A DNA stretch of 64,000 bases from Eledone cirrhosa (taxonomy: Eukaryota): NCBI GenBank assembly GCA_964016885.1, contig OZ024741.1, positions 109,864,001-109,928,000 on the forward strand. The letters are read 5' to 3'. A program made the translations under genes and the position numbers. The notes beneath the pieces are model-generated. The model was not told the origin of the DNA. It saw only the letters and a program-made list of their open reading frames with translations, and searched no databases. Shown here piece by piece: positions 24,565 to 39,221 of this stretch. Every line of letters starts with the position of its first letter. The first letter of the stretch is position 1.

Positions 24565-26060
24565 CTTCTTGATCTACTTATTCCAGAGAGGGTCGTAGAG
24601 GCAGAGTCCCGAAGCCCTCCTTCAAGTAGGTCCTGTCAGAAGCAACCGTCTCCAGCTAATCCGACTGGATCCCTAAGCGAGACCAGCCAAGCTCATGGAT
24701 GTTATCCAACCATCTTGCTCGGGGTCTACCCCTGGATCACCTACCGGTTGGTTTTGCCCACAAAATCTGTCCAGCGATTCCTTCCTTAGACATGCTAACC
24801 ACATGTCCATAGTATATGAGCGGTGAGCTTTCAAATCAGAGAAGTCGTGGCTTTTCCGAGCTACGCACTCTATCAAGTAATGTTACTCCAGTGACTCTTC
24901 TTTGAGAGGGCGAGTGTCTCAGGTTTCGCAGCAGTGATTTTGATTCCAGTCATGCAGCACTCGTTATGAAATCTATCAAGTGCAAATCGGAGATCACCTT
25001 CTGTCGATCACCATGTCTGCAAATTTCAGCCGACTGATTTTGTACGTGTCAGTCGTGATACCACTTCCAAACCGGCTGTGCATGTAAATCCTGTTCATGT
25101 AAATAATTGTTTATACTTTTGGCACAAGGCCAGCAATTATCCCAGTGTATTACTGGTACTTTATTTTATCGACCCCGTAAGGATGAAAGGCAAAGCTAAC
25201 CTCGGCAGGATTTGAACTCAGATCATAAAGGACCGTAACTCTATGTTGCAAAGCATGTCGTCCTACCTTCTACCGATTCTGCCAATTCACCGCCCTCGTA
25301 AATAATGAACAGCAGGGGTGATAGTATGTACACTTGCCGGAGTCCATATTCCACATTGGACGGTTTCGATTTAGCTCCATTTATCCGAACACAAATACCC
25401 GGGAATTCGTACAGAGACATCAGGGCAACAAGAAGCTATCCATCGATCCAATTCTCCTGCAAAACCATCCACAGTTGGTCACGGGAATCATGGGTAGAAG
25501 CCTTTTCAAGGTCTACAAAACAAGAGTATACCTCTTCGCAATACGCTCACGATTTCTCAAAGACCTGCCGCAGTGTGAATATTAGGTTGGCCGTGTTCCG
25601 CCCGAGGCGAAAACCACACTGTTCATCAGCTAGCTTGGACTTGACAATCATCCTACATCTCTTTGTGAGACACTTAGCATAGACTTTACTGGAGAGGCTT
25701 AACAAAGAGATTCCTCTCTAATTGGAACAATCTCTCTTGTCTCCCTTTTTGAAAATTGGGCTTATCACTCCCAATTGCCATTGCTTAGGTGTCTTTACAG
25801 AGATCCAGGTCACCCAGTACACACAAGTCAGCCCAGAAAATACCTTTTCTATTTAAGGCTTTTGACATCTTGGGTCAAATTTCATCTTCGCCAGCCGCCG
25901 TGCCACATTTGAGCTCATTAACTGCTCTTGTGACCTCAGCCTCTGAGAGATTAGTCACCACTCCCAGATGCACTTCGTGTACATCAGAGGATGCTGTTGT
26001 GATTGAGTTTAGAAGATCAGCAAAGTATTCTCTCCACCTCGGATGGATGCACTTCCCCGA
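24565..26060 (-). mobile_element. Decayed RTE LINE (RT domain and 3' end), interrupted by a SINE
   Basis: Minus strand reads AAGEDEI, PIFKKGDKRDCSN*RGISLLS, EQCGFR.GR, CFVDLEKA, GLRQ..ILSPLLFIIY; C-terminal region at 24690-24880. Confidence 0.85.
25103..25295 (-). mobile_element. tRNA-derived SINE inserted in the RTE
   Basis: Reverse complement of the family consensus, head to tail. Confidence 0.8.
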
Positions 26061-26134
26061 AGAGAGGAGAACACCGGACGCGTTCCTGGTAGGTGTTAAG
26101 GAGGACATCTTATTACAAAGTCGGTGGACTACGA

Positions 26135-28830
26135 TAAAAACTATCTCTCGATAATATACGAAACGAAATCAAATTAATGAAATTAAGAGTAAACTCAAAT
26201 GAGCAAAAATACAATGATGTTGATAAACAAATGGAAATCGAAATCTCCAAAAAATACGATGGAAAACAGTTGGACCACATTCATAAACAATAGAAGCAGG
26301 AATGTGAGAACGAGGAACTAATCTCATTATAAAGATGGGAGAAGAATGAAACTGGTTTTCACTATTAAGAACAATTTATAATAGAATACAACTCAGAAAA
26401 CCCCCTTGTTCAGAAAGTAAAAACCAATAGCAGGAAAAGCTACGCTGACACCATCCACACAACACAACCCCAGTAATAACAGAGAATATTCCAATATGGA
26501 CTAAACAGGCAGAAACTTTGACAAAGGGTGAAACAATGAATTTATAAAACAACCACCAACATTTGAACACATCTATATACTATAAAGGGCAAACAAGTTA
26601 ACACAAACCCAGATGTACATAAATAGTTCCAGATGAAACCAGAATCATCTAAAAAGAAATTACCATGAAAAACAGACATAATAACAGGACAACAAACAGA
26701 AATCAGAGATAACAGATCCCATACTCGGAATTATAGAAATAATTTTAGATTGAACCAGTGAACACATAAGGAACAAGTACAGGGAAGAGAATAATATGTA
26801 CAATATGGATATACACAATAATTACAAAAACTACAACATAAAAAATACTGAAAGTAGGAACAATATAGAGAAACCCTATCCTAACAACAATTTTTTAGAG
26901 AGAAACCAGAAATACCGGAATACGGGATGGACCACAGTCACGAGAAACCGAAAATAATCAATCTCTCACAAAAATCGCTAACACCCATAAAAATAGACAT
27001 TCAATGCAAAGGACTACAATTTACACCCACTCCTCAATCACAAAATATTCCAGAAATTAAAGATGACACTTCGTACTTCTGCAGAATACTCAGACTAGTA
27101 GAACAATTTTTCGAAAAATAAGACAACGATGAATCCCTAATTGAAAACAAAAAGTAACATCAACCTCCAAAGAGCAGGAATGCAACCCTTGGTGAATTTT
27201 GTGATTACATCTCAACTTTCCCAGTTGATAAACCAGAAAGTCCAACTTTCCAGACAATAATGGGAGCATTTAAACAATCTGAAACAGGACAAAAACATTA
27301 TCATAAAAAAAAAGCCGACAAAGGAGACATTTCTTAAACATTTTATTGAAACCTCTCCTCAAACACATTCGAAGTTTCATATGAGCTGATTTAGATTATT
27401 TCAACCATCTACAAGATAATGTAAGCTAAAACACTTACACAGTCTCATTGGATGTTGTGAGCCTATACAGTCACATTCCATACGATTACGGTATTGAAGC
27501 CAACAAATACTGGCTTGACTCATTTTCTTATGAACTACCACACCGCTTTAATAAGAATTTCCCCATAGACGGACTTGAATTCATTTAAAAAAAACTATTA
27601 TTTCATGTTCGATGAAATATCTTATTGACAGAGATCACGACAGCCAAGGGGACGTTACGCCAACATATGCCATGGGATACTATTAATTACAAATTAAAAA
27701 TAAAAAAAAAGAACAGAACGATAAAAATAATTTCGGTGACTACATAATTGTTTCTACTTTAGGCACAAGGCCAGCAATTACCCAGTTCATTACTGGTACT
27801 TTATTTTATCGACCCCGTAAGGATGAATACATAATAGAAGACTAGAAGAGATACTTGGACGACTGCTCCATATTGTGTGTGCGGGGGGGGGGGATCTTGA
27901 CCAACTAAGGAAATGTTTTGCAATATGAAACTTTCATTTTTAGATATCCTAATAACAAAGAAAAAAACAGAACATTAGAAACTGACATATATTTCAAACC
28001 TACTGACTACTTTTTACCCGCTTTTTACATCTTCTCATCCATCACACACCCATACCAACATCCTTTTTAACTTACCCAAGTGAATCTGTACAATGGTCTC
28101 AAACGCAAAAAACCATAGACTAGAAGAGATGAAACAAATACTTACCAAGAGAAAATATCCCAAAATTACTATGTTTGATAATAATTGTTTCTACTTTTGG
28201 CACAAGGCCAGCAATTACCCAGAGCATTACTGGTACTTTATTTTATCGACCCCATAAGGATGAAAGGCAAAGTTAACCTCGGCGGGATTTGAACTCAGAG
28301 TGGCAAGGGCCGTAACTCTATACGTCAAAGCATGACATCTGACCCTAATGAACTTACCTATTGCACATCAATTAATGCAAAAAACTACTTAATTACTGTT
28401 GTGGCTTTGGGATTGTTTGGTTTTCTCTCTCCGATGTTCCAGCATGTCACCAATGTAAGGTTGTTTTTCCAGCGCTTACACGAAATAATCTATACTGCTT
28501 TGTGCCTTATAAGTCTCAAAAATACTTCTTCACTTTATTTACCACCTTACACGTCTACCCGCTCCGCCTGTATTTTTCATTGCTTGTCTATATTCAGTAC
28601 TTGCTAATGTTCTTAACACGTGTTTGTGTTGAATTCAATGCCTCTTAGCAATCCTGATGATATGCAGGTATGTTTGTATACTTTATGAATAATCGTTAAT
28701 AATTATAACTGACTGATTCGTTGCTGTGTATACATGCAAGCTTATTACATTTATAGAAACGAGCGTAAATATCAAAGATGGATTTAATTTAAAGACATTG
28801 TTTCTCTTCACTTTAAATATTTACGCTCCG
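26135..28830 (+). mobile_element. Decayed Penelope-like element (Neptune/Poseidon-like RT)
   Basis: KIINLS...KGLQFTPTP, ADKG, SLDVVSLYSHIP, RYLDD, FLDILI, KPTD, SSHP across broken frames; SINEs inserted at 27746-27826 and 28182-28345; degenerate CTGATGA...GAAAC-GAGC-GTA at about 28652-28767. Confidence 0.8.
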
Positions 28831-29466
28831 ATACCCTCACTGTCTTTAACTGCAAGAATTTTAATCTTCGGAAAGCTATTGCGATTGTTTTGAATACCTT
28901 GCGTATTGTAGACCTTAAGCGCACATTGAGTTTTCACACCTTACCAAAATTAATAATGGAATATTCCATTATAACTACTCATATACATGTATATATTGGC
29001 TTGTTAATTTATTAACCCGCCATAGAAGCACATTGGAATACGGTTGGAAAATACTTGTTTCCCTATATGTATTTTTTACACGTAGGAATTCATACTTTAT
29101 TATTATTGATCTCCCCCTAAGGTAGAGATAAAACTTGGCCGTTTGGACTGCTGCTATTTCTAGTGGCAGGACATTGACCTGTCCACCCTGCCTTTTGTCT
29201 TTGCACACGGCACCATACAGAATTATTTCTTTCATCATTCGCTCACATTTTGGAATGATTTTGTATCGCGTTAGTTTGTGATTTGAACTCGGGAATTTTA
29301 TATTCTCCAAGGAAGAAGAGCCTTCTGAAGATAGATCACTTCTCAATGGAAGTCCGCTTGGATTTTCCGTTTATTCTGGAGCTTGAAACCTTAAAGGCAC
29401 ATATAGTAAGTACAGCGAATTTTTTAAAATCTGTTTTAAAACTTTTTCTCTATTTGCTGGACCTTG

Positions 29467-29525
<59 letters not shown>

Positions 29526-29527
<2 letters not shown>

Positions 29528-29646
29528 AGAAGGTATGACGCCGCCCGACGGCAGAGCTCAAGCCGTTTCTGAGTCCAGAAATAGCCGTCGAAACGGCTTG
29601 AGCTCTGCCGTCGGAGTCATACCTTCTATTTCCCACAATTCATTTG

Positions 29647-29648
<2 letters not shown>
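29526..29648 (+). mobile_element. Family-A fold-back mini-element
   Basis: (TA)n-flanked inverted arms with GAAACGGCTTGAGCTCTGCCGTC. Confidence 0.7.
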
Positions 29649-29687
<39 letters not shown>

Positions 29688-30083
29688 CCTATCTCTCATT
29701 TTCTATCTTTCTCTGGAAGAAATCTGATGTACCTGGAGAGGGGTGGGCTCCGCCAGGCTTAAAATGCCAAAGAGACGCCTGTGTCAATACGGCGTCCCTA
29801 CGACTCTATCAGGAGTTACTGGAACACGCACACGCACACACACACATACACATACACACACACACACACATATACATATATATATATATATATGGTAGGG
29901 TTTTTGTTACTCTGGAGTCGGAGTTTCACCACTGTGCACACGCAGGTGAATTGAATATTTAAATTCTACTTCGATATTGAGTACTCTTTTCCATCGACCG
30001 TTCACTACAAATATATATATATATATAAAATAATTAAGTCGAATATGTAAAATTTGGCTTCGTTTATTATAAATTTTAGATAT

Positions 30084-30138
30084 ACTGCTATATATATTTC
30101 GGTGACAGCCATCATTGGCTGCGGCCTCTTCAGGCAGT
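30084..30138 (-). ncRNA. Type-I hammerhead ribozyme
   Basis: ACUGC-CUGAAGA-GG..CAGCCA-AUGA-UGGCUG..CC-GAAAU-AUAU-AUA^-GCAGU. Confidence 0.8.
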
Positions 30139-30682
30139 CCGAATTGGTGTGGGAAAGACAGGTACACATGTTGTTGAAGTGTGTTTTACTCCGTCAATAC
30201 ATCGATATGTCCAGCTCCTGTTGTGTTGTAATTCCTCTGAGGAACTGGAATCATTTTTTTTTTGTCTGGCACCCCCCACCACGTGAAATGGTGGCAGGAT
30301 AGATGCCAACCTACACACATAAATTCTTCAGAACATAACAGCAGCACACTAAAGCTGACCTGCCAGCTGACCCCTTAACACCACTACCACTACCAACACA
30401 ATGGAGGAGGTCAGCTGTACTTAAACATCAGGACAAAAACAACTACAACAGATTGTCTTGCCTCAGAAATATTTCTATAGACTTTTGACTGAGGTATGTT
30501 CTCACAACTGACCAATGGAATGCGAGCGTGTCCTATGACGCCGAAATTCGTTTATTCTAACACATATGATTCCAGTTCCTCAGAGGAATTACAATACAAC
30601 CAGGAGCTGGACATATCGATGTATTGACGGAGTAAAACACACTTCAATAACATGTGTACCTGTCTTTCCCACACCAATTCGG

Positions 30683-30737
30683 ACTGTCTGAAGAGGTCAC
30701 AGCCAATGATGGCTGTCACCGAAATATACATAGCAGT
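30683..30737 (+). ncRNA. Type-I hammerhead ribozyme (inverted partner)
   Basis: ACTGT-CTGAAGA-GGTCACAGCCAATGATGGCTGTCACC-GAAAT-ATAC-ATA-GCAGT. Confidence 0.75.
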
Positions 30738-31073
30738 ATAGCTATAATTTATAATAAACGAAGCCAAATTTTACATATTTGACTTAATTATTTTACATTA
30801 CTCTGGAGTAAACAAACCAACCTGCTTACTTCGTCGAGTGCTCCAATCTGCATAGTGAGGTGTCGGTAAATAACCAACATATACTCTATATATATATTTA
30901 TTTATTAAAATAATAGATTAAAGTTTAAGCAAAGAATCGCTGCTTTCACCCTTAAGCAGCGATTCTTTAATCTGTTATTTTAATAAATATTTGCTGTACG
31001 GTTCTTATATATTTGATATATATTTATCCGTATCGATCCCTCTTTGGATTTTTGTCTTCAAATTTATTATTAT

Positions 31074-31146
<73 letters not shown>

Positions 31147-31386
31147 AATGTTATCTGAGTTCTTTTAATATTATTAATAATATCCGATTCGTTTGAATTA
31201 TGCAAACAGCCTTTTTAAAGCCATGTCAGTAGAATGACCTCGTCATTCTTGCTCTTGTGTTGGCATGTAAACAGAACTGCACAGTGTACTGCTTGATTTG
31301 CATATTTGCTTGATTTGCATATTAGCAGCATATTAGAAAATATCATATATTTTCACTAGTTCTGACAGTTGGCAGGTAAGCAGTAT

Positions 31387-31433
31387 ACTGTACTGATGAA
31401 GGGTAATCACCCAGAAACATTAGTGTCTACAGT
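31387..31433 (+). ncRNA. Minimal type-I hammerhead ribozyme
   Basis: ACTGTA-CTGATGA-A-GGGT-AATC-ACCC-A-GAAAC-ATTAGT-GTC^-TACAGT; the downstream 31430-31467 is duplicated inverted at 31243-31279. Confidence 0.85.
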
Positions 31434-31672
31434 TCTGTTTACATGCCAACATAAGAGCAAGAATGATTCGAGTTTCTGCCGCACTAATGCAGCAGTAAGG
31501 AACACTGCACCATCTGTCTGCATATATTATGCAACAATGCACAATCGGCTTATGTATATATATAGAGAGAAATTTCGTATTTCTAAAGAAATACGGTTTA
31601 AGGAAGCCGTAGCTATGCAAACACCGCGGGGCTAATGCCATCTGGTGGTGTGCGGCAGAAGCAAGGGGGACA

Positions 31673-31716
31673 ACCGTCTATGCATTTCAGGCTTGACTGG
31701 CCTTCGTCAGGACGGT
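31673..31716 (-). ncRNA. Minimal type-I hammerhead ribozyme
   Basis: ACCGUC-CUGACGA-AGGC-CAGUCAA-GCCU-GAAAU-GC-AUA^-GACGGU. Confidence 0.85.
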
Positions 31717-31927
31717 CCCTCCCACCACTTGCTACTGCTGGACTTGAAAATGTTTATACATATTGTATAAAGCTATGCTTGAAGCGAAATCTTATTTCTT
31801 TTGTATTATAAGTGGTCAACTTATACAGCTTCATATGCAAATGAGATTTATCACCTCATTTACACAGACGAGAAAACTATATATTCTCAATTATTTACAA
31901 GTCCAGCAGTAGCAAGCGGTGGGAGGG

Positions 31928-31971
31928 ACCGTCCCGACGAAGGGCAGTCAAGCCTGAAATGCATAGACGGT
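31928..31971 (+). ncRNA. Hammerhead copy with core mutation (CCGACGA)
   Basis: ACCGTC-CCGACGA-AGGGCAGTCAAGCCT-GAAAT-GC-ATA-GACGGT. Confidence 0.6.
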
Positions 31972-32228
31972 TGTCCCCCTTGCTTCTGCTGGACACCACC
32001 AGAGGTGTTTGCATAGCTACGGCTTCCTAAACCGTATTTCTTTAGAAATACGAAATGTCTATACATATTGAATGAAGACGTTTATTTCGTATTCGCCTCA
32101 TTCGGGAAACCTCTGGTAATGAGGTAATTATATTGTATTGATTTTTATACATTAAATTTTGCTCTGATACTTACATAGAGCACTCTTCACTTCTATGACC
32201 TTTTCTGTTTCCAACGGAAATTTCAATA

Positions 32229-32274
<46 letters not shown>

Positions 32275-32283
32275 CATATATAC

Positions 32284-32343
<60 letters not shown>

Positions 32344-32881
32344 TTGCAAGTAAGCTAGTTAGGTTCTAAGGCACAGAACGAAGAGCAACGTTCTTAATTC
32401 AAGTGATATATTACACAAACAACATATACCAGTCAAATCCAACGCACATACACACACTCTCTCGACCTTCCTTCCCCTTTCTCTCTCTCTTCTTATCTTA
32501 TATATCTCTCTTTGTCTTTCCCTTTCCTTCTCCATTCTTCTGTCTCTTTACCGCCATCGCTCCATATCGGTCCTTCCTCCTCACCACATCTCATCCCATC
32601 AACATCCAGGCAATATCATTGTACTAGCTGTTTTTGTTGTTGTAATAGTTATAGTTATTGTTAAAATTGTTATTATTGTAGTTGTTGTTGCTGTTGTTAT
32701 TATTGTTGTAGCTTTTGATATTGTTGTTGCTCATTTCATTATAAAGACCGCTATTGACCAGTGTCAGGTAACACAGCAAGTTGGACAATGGCAGCTGGTG
32801 TGGCCGGTGAAACCATCTGTAGTAGTAGTGTATAGGTGTATATTTATTAGCACATGAGAATTATTTCTGAACATGTGTCAG

Positions 32882-33590
<709 letters not shown>

Positions 33591-33591
33591 A

Positions 33592-33680
<89 letters not shown>

Positions 33681-33685
33681 GATAT

Positions 33686-33812
33686 AACAAAGTGTGGCAA
33701 GGAACCGGGTGGACCATAACACACCGGAGTACTCGATACTACTGGTTTAGTTCGGATCTAAGCTGTCGAAACGACCGGAGCTCACCCGTCGGGGTACTGA
33801 CTCTTTTCTTAT
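33686..33812. mobile_element. Diverged family-A element with the two halves in opposite orientation
   Basis: 33686-33741 is the tail on minus; 33742-33812 is gctgtcGAAACgaccggagctcacccGTCgggg on plus. Confidence 0.6.
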
Positions 33813-34425
33813 ATATATATATATATATATAATTTCAGCGAGATCGCATTTCGGCTGTGGTCAAAATCAAAGTGAAACGGAATTTTCGATTTATGCGGCA
33901 AGCGCTCAATGGAGTAAAAGAAGACGAGAGCAATTAACATACGTTATAGAGGCCAAACAAACTGAAAACGGCGGTCATGAAGCCATTAACCACCGGAGCC
34001 GAAAAAACGGAACAAGCTAAACAGGTTAAACAAAAGAATTTACCTGGACCTCCTGGAAATTGATGGCATAATCCAGTGGAAGGTTTCTGTGACACCTAAA
34101 TCAATTATACTGCCTGCTTTCATTGTAAGCTTTTGGTATAACGATCGAACAAGGCTGCCATTTCGTCAACAGGTATTTTGTTCTCAGCCGGCGAGCCGGT
34201 TTCTTGCAGTAGTAGTGTTGGAGTGATTATCCCACGTGTTTACTCTGCAAGGGAGGTAACCCCTGGTTTGGCGGATGAATTCAGAATGTGTAAAATTATT
34301 TTAAGAATTGCAAAAAACTGCACAAATCGAATTAAGCTCTCGATATATATCAGAAATAACAACACAATCGGAATAGTATATGGAAGGGATGTATTAGGTT
34401 AACGCTTGATATAACAGGAAGAGGG

Positions 34426-34461
34426 TCTTAACGTTTCGGACGCTAGTCCTTCATCAGAAGA
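34426..34461 (-). ncRNA. Minimal type-I hammerhead ribozyme (family B) in a PLE-like repeat at 34345-34530
   Basis: UCUU-CUGAUGA-A-GGAC-UAGC-GUCC-GAAAC-GUU^-AAGA; relatives at 47624-47659 (+), 53444-53479 (-) and 53934-53969 (-). Confidence 0.75.
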
Positions 34462-34774
34462 AAGAATGAGAAATAAGATAGATTGAGGGGACGGGTGGGT
34501 TGGAATTGGAAAAAAATGTCTTTAGATAAAAATAACAGGTCCATTCATGTTGACATCTCTCTCCCTCTCTCTATATATATATATATTGTTAACACGACGC
34601 ATTGTGAGATATATAATAATTGATTGGTAAGTACTTCATAAAGCTGGTCCGATGAAGTAAAAATATATAAAGGGCAAGTATGACAAATAAAACAAAACAA
34701 AGTTATATTTTTTAGCCAGTATATTTCAACATATTTCAGATTTAATACTTACTTTTCAAATGCAAAACAACTAG

Positions 34775-35021
34775 TTTGGTCAAATGCATTCGACGTTATT
34801 CACTTAAAAAAGCTTCAAGCAGAGGCATCGCTTGGTATGTGACATTTTTTGCGACGCTTGGTATTGCTGGCCATAGGCAAGTCCCTAACAGGACTAAAAA
34901 GCCGCGTCCGTGATGTTCATGCTTATATATCAAGCGATGGCATTACTCGAAATAGAGTTGCAGCCATCATCATAATGTATGTATGTATGTATGTATGTAT
35001 GTATGTATGTATGTATGTATG

Positions 35022-35055
<34 letters not shown>

Positions 35056-35080
35056 TGTATGTATGTATGTATGTATGTGT
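34775..35080 (+). mobile_element. 3' fragment of the 55.8-58.4 kb unit family with (TATG)n tail
   Basis: cacttaaaaaagcttcaagcagaggcatcgctt...aagcgatg...tactcgaaatagagttgcagccatcat matches the unit 3' ends. Confidence 0.6.
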
Positions 35081-35259
35081 GTGCATGAGTATCTATTTGT
35101 ATTTGTGAGGTTATATATATATATAGGGTCTAGGTGTGTTGGTGTAACTATGTATATGTACATGTAGCTGTGTGAGAGTATATATATGTACGTGTACATG
35201 CTTTTGTGCGTGTGTGAGTGTAGGTGCATGTATGTGTGTGTGTGTGTGCCTGTCTATGT

Positions 35260-35450
35260 GCGAGGATATATAGCTGTACGTGCGTGCACCTGTGTATTTA
35301 TATGTGTACACCTGTATGTATGTGTGTGTGTGTGTGTGTGTGTGAATGTGTCTGTGTGTTGGCGTGTGTGCGTTGGCGTGTGTGCCTGTCTGTGTGCGAG
35401 GGTATATAGCTGTACGTGTGTGGACCTGTGTATTTATATGTGTACACCTG

Positions 35451-35492
<42 letters not shown>

Positions 35493-35640
35493 TGTCTGTG
35501 TGTTGGCGTGTGTGCGTTGGCGTGTGTTCCTGTCTGTGTGCGAGGGTATATAGCTGTACGTGTGTGCACCTGTGTATTTATATGTGTACACCTGTGTATT
35601 TATATGTGTACACCTGCATGTGTGTGTGTGTGAATGTGTG
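35260..35640. repeat. Minisatellite of ~135-145-bp units within (TG)n
   Basis: tatatagctgtacgtg...acctgtgtatttatatgtgtacacctg occurs three times. Confidence 0.75.
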
Positions 35641-36099
35641 TGTCTGTGAATGTGTGTGTGTGTGTTTGCGCGCGCGCGTGTGTGTGTGTGTGTGTGTGTG
35701 TCAGCCCAATAGACCAAATCAAAATAATGACCAGAGAGCAATAACCACGCGGTATCAATGAATGAAAGACGCCATCACGTCAGATGAATTGATCGGCCAT
35801 GTTAAACAGCATGTTTACATTAACTAAGACCACGTGTAAATATTGATGATCACCTCTTCCCAACGTCCAACCTCCTTTTCTCCCTCTCCTGCTCACCACC
35901 GCTAAACACACACACACAACTCCGCCCGACATTCTCTCTCCTATTGACATTACCTCGACAGTGTGTATACACAACCTAACTGTATACACACACTTCATAC
36001 ATCATGATACTGTATACATACAACAGACACAATACTGTGTACACACGTCATTCATAGACTCATAACTCGTTCTTTAACCTAAAATCAACAATAAGATGT

Positions 36100-37465
36100 T
36101 GGTGAATTGGTAGAATTGTTACAGTATTGATTAAATAAATAACTTACGTTATTTCGTTATGACTCTTAAATTTCCGAGTTCAAATCCCACCGAGGTCAAT
36201 TTTGCCTTTCTTCCTTCCGGTTTCGATAATATAAAATATCAGTCAAGTGCCTGGATCAATTTGATGCCCCGCCCAGTCCTGTCTTTATTTCTATGTTATT
36301 TATGTTCTCACTCAGCCAATTGTTAGCCGTGTGCCTAGCTTATAATATATTTTCCCACACCACCAAATTGTGCCTAAATTAGAAATCATTATTATGTGAA
36401 TTGGCAGTATCGGTAGAGGGTCGGGCGCCCTGCTTCGATAAAATAAAGTACCAGTAATGCACTGGGTAATTGCTGGCCTTGTGCCTAAAAGTAGAAACAA
36501 TTATTATGTGAATTGGCAGTATCGGTAGAGGGTCGGGCACCCTGCTTTCCAGCGTAGAGTTACGCCCCTTTATTGTCTGAGTTCAAATCCCGCCGAGGTT
36601 AACTTTGCCTTTAATCCTTACGGGGTCGATAAAATAAAGTACCAGTAATGCACTGGGATAATTGCTGGCCTTGTGCCAAAAGTAGAAACAATTATTATTA
36701 TTTAAGATTTGAGCAGTAAATATAATTACTGGATCCTCTACTCTCTGTCAAGTCTCAACAAGGACATAAGACAGATCGTATTTTCTTGAGTATATTTGTG
36801 TCATGTACAACGGGGCAGTCTTTTGCAGGAGAGCATTTTTTGCTTCGAGTTCTATTTGCTGAAGATACCCTTTTAGTTTTAGTGGTATCGAGTCCAAAAC
36901 TACGAAAACAAAGTTAGCACAAAGTGTTTTTTTTTAAGTTTATTGTGCTAAAGTCTGAAAAAATAAATTTATGAAATAACAAATACAATTAATTTGAATA
37001 AATTGATGCCTCCCTACTCATGATACCTTAAGCATATGCTTATTTTGCTTAAAGATCAATCAAGCTCTGGTTAGCAGAATCATTAGAGCGTTGGACCAAG
37101 TACTCTGAAACCCGTTGCATTCTGACTTCAATTCTCACTGAGATAACTTTGCATTTCATGCTTTCGTGGTGGATAAAATAAAGTACCAGCAAAGTATTGG
37201 GGGTAAATATAATAAAGTAGTAACAAAGGCCGGTAGATTGGCAGTATCGGTAGAGCGTCGGAGAACATGCGTTGTTGCATATAGTTACGTCCCTTTACGT
37301 TCTGAGTTCAAATCCCGTCGAGGTTAGTTTTGCTTTTCATCTTTACGGGCTTGATAAAATAAAGTACCAGTAACGCTCTGGGGTCGATCTAATCGCCTTT
37401 CCCTTCCATCCATGTACCTAAATCGACTTTCCCATCCTGGCCTTCTGCCTAAATCAGAAACTATT
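36100..37465 (+). mobile_element. Cluster of tRNA-derived SINEs (36100-36260, 36395-36700 tandem pair, 37065-37200, 37230-37465)
   Basis: Repeated head, B box, core and tail motifs; 36395-36500 is an internally deleted copy directly followed by a full copy. Confidence 0.8.
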
Positions 37466-38693
37466 ATTATTAATCCTTACAACACAAAATATGTTTCGTC
37501 GAGCAAACGGTTGTTGTTTGGGTTTTTGTTTATAGTGAATTTTTCTTGTCTATTTTGTTGAGTAAATAACCATGAACAGTTGCGGCTGGTGATTCTATTT
37601 TGCTGCCTCCTGTAGAGAAGCAAAATCATTTAGAAAAGAAGTTGACAAAATGTTTTAATTTAAGTCCAATTTTCTCGTTTTTAGGATCTTATGCACAATT
37701 TATTAGACTAATTTTCATAGTAAAATCATACGTTGAACATGTTAACTTTAAATTTTAAATTTGTAACTCTCTCAATGGTTCTGAAAATAAACAGTTTGTA
37801 ACATATTTTAAATATACAATTCATCCTCGCTATGAATAGCAAATATTGTTTACTCATGAAATTTTATCTCTTCGTGGACAGAAAAAGAAAGTATTAACTC
37901 GACAAGTCTTGTTAGACGATTCATAATCCTACAACAGCTGCGTATGTTAGCGAATGATTCTTCTGTAAGTAATCTAGTTTATCTTGTGAAAGTCGTTCTG
38001 TAACATTTGTTCATATGTGAAGTCAAGGAGAAATATACACTATATGTTTAATGTTTAGTATACACATCTTCTGTCAACGGACGAGTTTATAGCTTATGAT
38101 TAATTAATATTGGAGACAAAATATATTACACCTTCAATTAATCCATATGGTCAGTACACATGCACTCTACTGTAAATTAAGCAGAACATTCTAGATTTAT
38201 CCAAGTTTGTAAACACTATAAATAGCTATTAGCTAAAAAGGCTTCAATGGGCAGAAGATAGGCATTCTTTGTTACATGAAGGTTTTAAGAAGATTAATAG
38301 TGGGATTAATCCCTTTTTCTGACAACGAAGAGATAAAACCTGCGACGTATCTACTCTGTTCAGTTTACACAACGAGACAAAATTATATATTGAATAAAAA
38401 GTTACACCTTACAGACACAACTTCACCCCTCCTCCATACGTAAGAGAATAATTGAATAATGAAAAGTAGATAAATCTACATGCGTTTTAACAAGGTACGT
38501 GTATATATATATATATACCTATATATACACTTACGTATAACATACGTGTATGTGTCTATAAATGCAAGTAGATGTTTTGGTGAAAGATACTCGTAACTAA
38601 GGAAAATCTGAAAGTTGTAGTCTTGCATATACATACTTGACTCACATATATTTGCATAGTTGCGTATATATATATATGCAAATATATATGCAA

Positions 38694-38762
<69 letters not shown>

Positions 38763-39106
38763 TGCGCGCGTATGTGTTTGTGTGTATGTATGGTTAAGTG
38801 TATGTGTGTGTGCATGTATATATATATTGAGAGAGTGATGTAAACAATTTAAAGAGTGTGTATGTGGTAAGAGACGTAATGACAAGGACAAGTGGGGAAA
38901 GGGCGTCATTTTATAAACAATAGGCGCCACCTGGTTTAGGAATCAACTGTGAGTCAGTTTAGCCATCGTACACACACTAACACATACACACTAACACACA
39001 CACACAAATATAGATAGATAGATAGATAGATAGATAGAGATACGTATATACACACAGACACATATAAATATATACATACACATATATATATGCACACACA
39101 GGCACA

Positions 39107-39221
<115 letters not shown>

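Larger units (their letters stand above)
30026..30795. mobile_element. PLE-type cassette with ~230-bp inverted arms, each with a hammerhead
   Basis: 30026-30254 is the reverse complement of 30566-30795 with scattered mismatches; it also produces the twin ORFs 30054-30302 and 30552-30767. Confidence 0.75.
31572..32056. mobile_element. PLE-type fold-back cassette with a hammerhead pair
   Basis: 31572-31746 is the reverse complement of 31898-32056, apart from an indel; TA-rich flanks. Confidence 0.75.

Noticed and set aside
28645-28775. Intact hammerhead at the end of the decayed PLE
   Set aside because: CTGATGA and GAAAC-GAGC-GTA are present, but the helix I strands (gcaatc and aatatc) do not pair.
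30054-30767. Two near-identical small ORFs on opposite strands
   Set aside because: A by-product of the inverted repeat; they read antisense to the ribozymes and have no recognisable domain.
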